From positions 560,589 through 624,588 of the forward strand of contig JBAXRQ010000001.1 in the NCBI GenBank assembly GCA_037131105.1: a DNA stretch of 64,000 bases, written 5' to 3'. The DNA comes from a bacterium (lineage in GTDB: Bacteria > Patescibacteriota > UBA1384 > CAILIB01). The notes under the pieces were generated by a model. That model was not told the origin of the DNA, did no database searches, and worked only from the letters and a program-made list of their open reading frames with translations. A program made the position numbers and the translations under genes. The first letter of the stretch is position 1, and each line of letters opens with the position of its first letter. Below, piece by piece: positions 62,228 through 64,000 of this stretch.

Positions 62228-63301
62228 CTAGTAAATCATCATCTTTAGACTCTTAGGATCAACAGCCCAGTTCAGCGCCTCGTCAACGGAGATCTCGCCC
62301 TTACTGACCAGCTCGGCTAGCGCCTTCTCCATGGTGATCATGCCTTCAGCGGCGGACGTCTGGATGAGGTTTGGCAGCTGGTGGGTCTTACCCTCACGCA
62401 GGATAGAGCGAACAGCTGGGTTGGCGACCATCACCTCGGAGACCAGTACGCGTCCTCCCTGGACCTTGGGTAGCAGACGCTGTGATACGATACCGATGAG
62501 CATTTCGGAAAGCTGCTGGCGAACCTGATTCTGGCGCTCATTTGGGAACATGCTAATGACGCGCTCAGCAGTCTGGGCAGCCGAGTTGGTGTGCAGTGAT
62601 GTCAGGACCAGGTGACCAGTCTCAGCCATCCGTAGGGCTGACTCAACCGTCTCCAGGTCGCGCATCTCACCAAGCAGCACTACATCCGGATCCTCACGCA
62701 GGGCGGAACGCAGGGCGCTGGCGAACGAGGGAGTGTCCACCCCTACCTCGCGCTGGGAGACCATGCTCTTCTTCTGGCTGAAGAGATACTCTATAGGATC
62801 CTCAATAGTAATGATGTGGCCGCGACGCTGTTCGGAGATATGGGCGACGATGGAGGCCAGCGTAGTGGACTTACCATGGCCGGTGGGACCTGCGACGATG
62901 ATCAGACCCTGATGGTGTTCGGCCATCTGTAGCAGTATGGGAGCGACACCGAGGGTAGCGGGATCCAGTATCTCATTGGCCAGGACACGCAGGCTGGCGG
63001 CAAGTACACCCTTGGTATAGAACACGTTCACACGGAAACGGTGGTCACGGTAGCCGAATGAGAAGTCCAGCTCACGGCGGGTGGTGGAGATCCGCTCAGC
63101 CAAATGCTGGCCGACAAAGTCGCCGATCAGGGCATTGGCCTGGTCAGCGGTAAACGGCGGTTTGTCGAGGCTACGCAGAAGTCCGTCGACCCGGATGGTC
63201 GGCGAGTACTGTTCAGCGATGTGGAGGTCCGATGCGTGGTTGTCGATAGTCTGATCGAGCATCCACGCCATGTCCGGGTTGAGGGAGGTTGATTGGTTCA
63301 T
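62228..63301 (-). CDS. pilT: Type IV pilus retraction ATPase PilT
   Basis: Walker A GPTGHGKSTT, PilT motifs (AALRAAETGHLVLTSLHT-like), 357 aa. Confidence 0.85.
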   Translation of the reverse strand: MNQSTSLNPDMAWMLDQTIDNHASDLHIAEQYSPTIRVDGLLRSLDKPPFTADQANALIGDFVGQHLAERISTTRRELDFSFGYRDHRFRVNVFYTKGVLAASLRVLANEILDPATLGVAPILLQMAEHHQGLIIVAGPTGHGKSTTLASIVAHISEQRRGHIITIEDPIEYLFSQKKSMVSQREVGVDTPSFASALRSALREDPDVVLLGEMRDLETVESALRMAETGHLVLTSLHTNSAAQTAERVISMFPNERQNQVRQQLSEMLIGIVSQRLLPKVQGGRVLVSEVMVANPAVRSILREGKTHQLPNLIQTSAAEGMITMEKALAELVSKGEISVDEALNWAVDPKSLKMMIY

Positions 63302-63313
63302 GTACTTATTCTA

Positions 63314-64000
63314 TCACTTGTTTGATGTCTCACGCAGCACCTCATCTAAGGTGGTGATACCGGAAATGACCTTCAGTAGCCCATCCTGATACATTGTTAT
63401 CATTCCCTCCTTCTGGGCTTCCTCCTGAATGGCAGTGGCAGAGGCATGGGAAAGGGTCAGCTCCTCGATCTTCTCAGACATATTCAGTACCTCGTAGATA
63501 CCAACCCGACCAAGATAGCCTTTGCCATTGCAGAGGTTACATCCCCTACCCTGCGAGAAGTTGATAGGATGGGTAATACGCTTGGCGTCCATAGGACTCA
63601 CCTTGGCCACGGTTTCCAAGTCGCGAGCAATCTGGTCCTTTACTCCCTGTGGCAGACTGATCTCGCTCTTGCAGTTGTGGCAGATCTTACGCACCAGACG
63701 CTGGCCCATGGCCACGTTCAAGGAGGAGGCTATAAGGAACGGCTCGATACCCATATTGGTGAGACGAGGGATGGCGCCGGAGGCATCATTGGTATGCAGG
63801 CTTGAGAGCACCAGATGACCGGTGAGGGCGGCCTGGGTAGCCATAGTGGCGGTCTCCCCGTCCCGGATCTCACCTACCATGATAATGTTCGGGTCCTGGC
63901 GCAGGATGGACCTCAGACCTTCGGCGAAGGTATAGCCGATCTTAGGACGGATCTGGCTCTGATTGATACCCTTCACCTCGTACTCTACCGGGTCCTCCAG
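63314..64000 (-). CDS. pilB: Type IV pilus assembly ATPase PilB (GspE family), C-terminal part; N-terminus beyond window end
   Basis: GspE C-terminal domain with tetracysteine (CHNCK...CNLCNGKGY). Confidence 0.85.
   Translation of the reverse strand: MEDPVEYEVKGINQSQIRPKIGYTFAEGLRSILRQDPNIIMVGEIRDGETATMATQAALTGHLVLSSLHTNDASGAIPRLTNMGIEPFLIASSLNVAMGQRLVRKICHNCKSEISLPQGVKDQIARDLETVAKVSPMDAKRITHPINFSQGRGCNLCNGKGYLGRVGIYEVLNMSEKIEELTLSHASATAIQEEAQKEGMITMYQDGLLKVISGITTLDEVLRETSNK

Noticed and set aside
1-64000. Mobile elements, integrases, transposases, CRISPR arrays, rRNA or tRNA genes
   Set aside because: No recognisable transposase or integrase motif was seen in any frame. There are no terminal inverted repeats flanking a gene block, and no repeat-spacer arrays. 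No intergenic region forms a canonical tRNA cloverleaf.

Overview
This is a compact, gene-dense bacterial chromosome segment with about 57 protein genes; GC content is fairly high. Most genes sit on the minus strand, and near-consensus sigma70 promoters (TTGACA-17-TATAnT) and hairpin-plus-U-run terminators are easy to read. Housekeeping genes present include: ftsZ (3' end), GDP-mannose pathway enzymes, a UvrD-like helicase fused to a RecB-type nuclease, rmuC, rluD, secDF, gmk, tgt, rplL-rplJ, rplA, pth, ybaB, prfB, cysS, recR, topA, dprA, a short Mfd, rplK-nusG-secE-rplU, ftsW, ileS, rnhA and rsmH. The last 11 kb is a type IV pilus locus: minor pilins, pilD, pilA, pilC, pilT, pilB. It sits with dprA and recR, and with an LPXTG/sortase-anchored DUF11 surface protein. 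That combination suggests a Gram-positive-like Patescibacteria (Saccharibacteria-type) genome, but this is inference. The most unusual block is an 11.6 kb minus-strand operon (14145-25850) between tgt and an AT-rich scar. It is driven by one strong promoter and encodes two tandem paralogous FtsK/HerA/VirD4-superfamily ATPases with a shared novel N-terminal domain. It also encodes a 1172-aa glycine-rich multi-transmembrane protein, a His/Arg-patch membrane protein with a Pro/Thr tail, and three small proteins of unknown function. I read this as a type IV-secretion-like or otherwise undescribed envelope translocation machine. Other points of note: two promoter/terminator-delimited small RNA candidates (45842-45985 + and 37221-37446 -); a secreted glycoside-hydrolase-like gene with its own promoter inserted between rplA and rplJ; a 16 kb wedge splitting rplK from rplA; a perfect 19-bp inverted repeat in the rplA leader; and non-canonical HIGH motifs in both class I aminoacyl-tRNA synthetases in the window (IleRS PLHT, CysRS HVGN). 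No tRNA, rRNA, CRISPR array, transposase or integrase was recognised.
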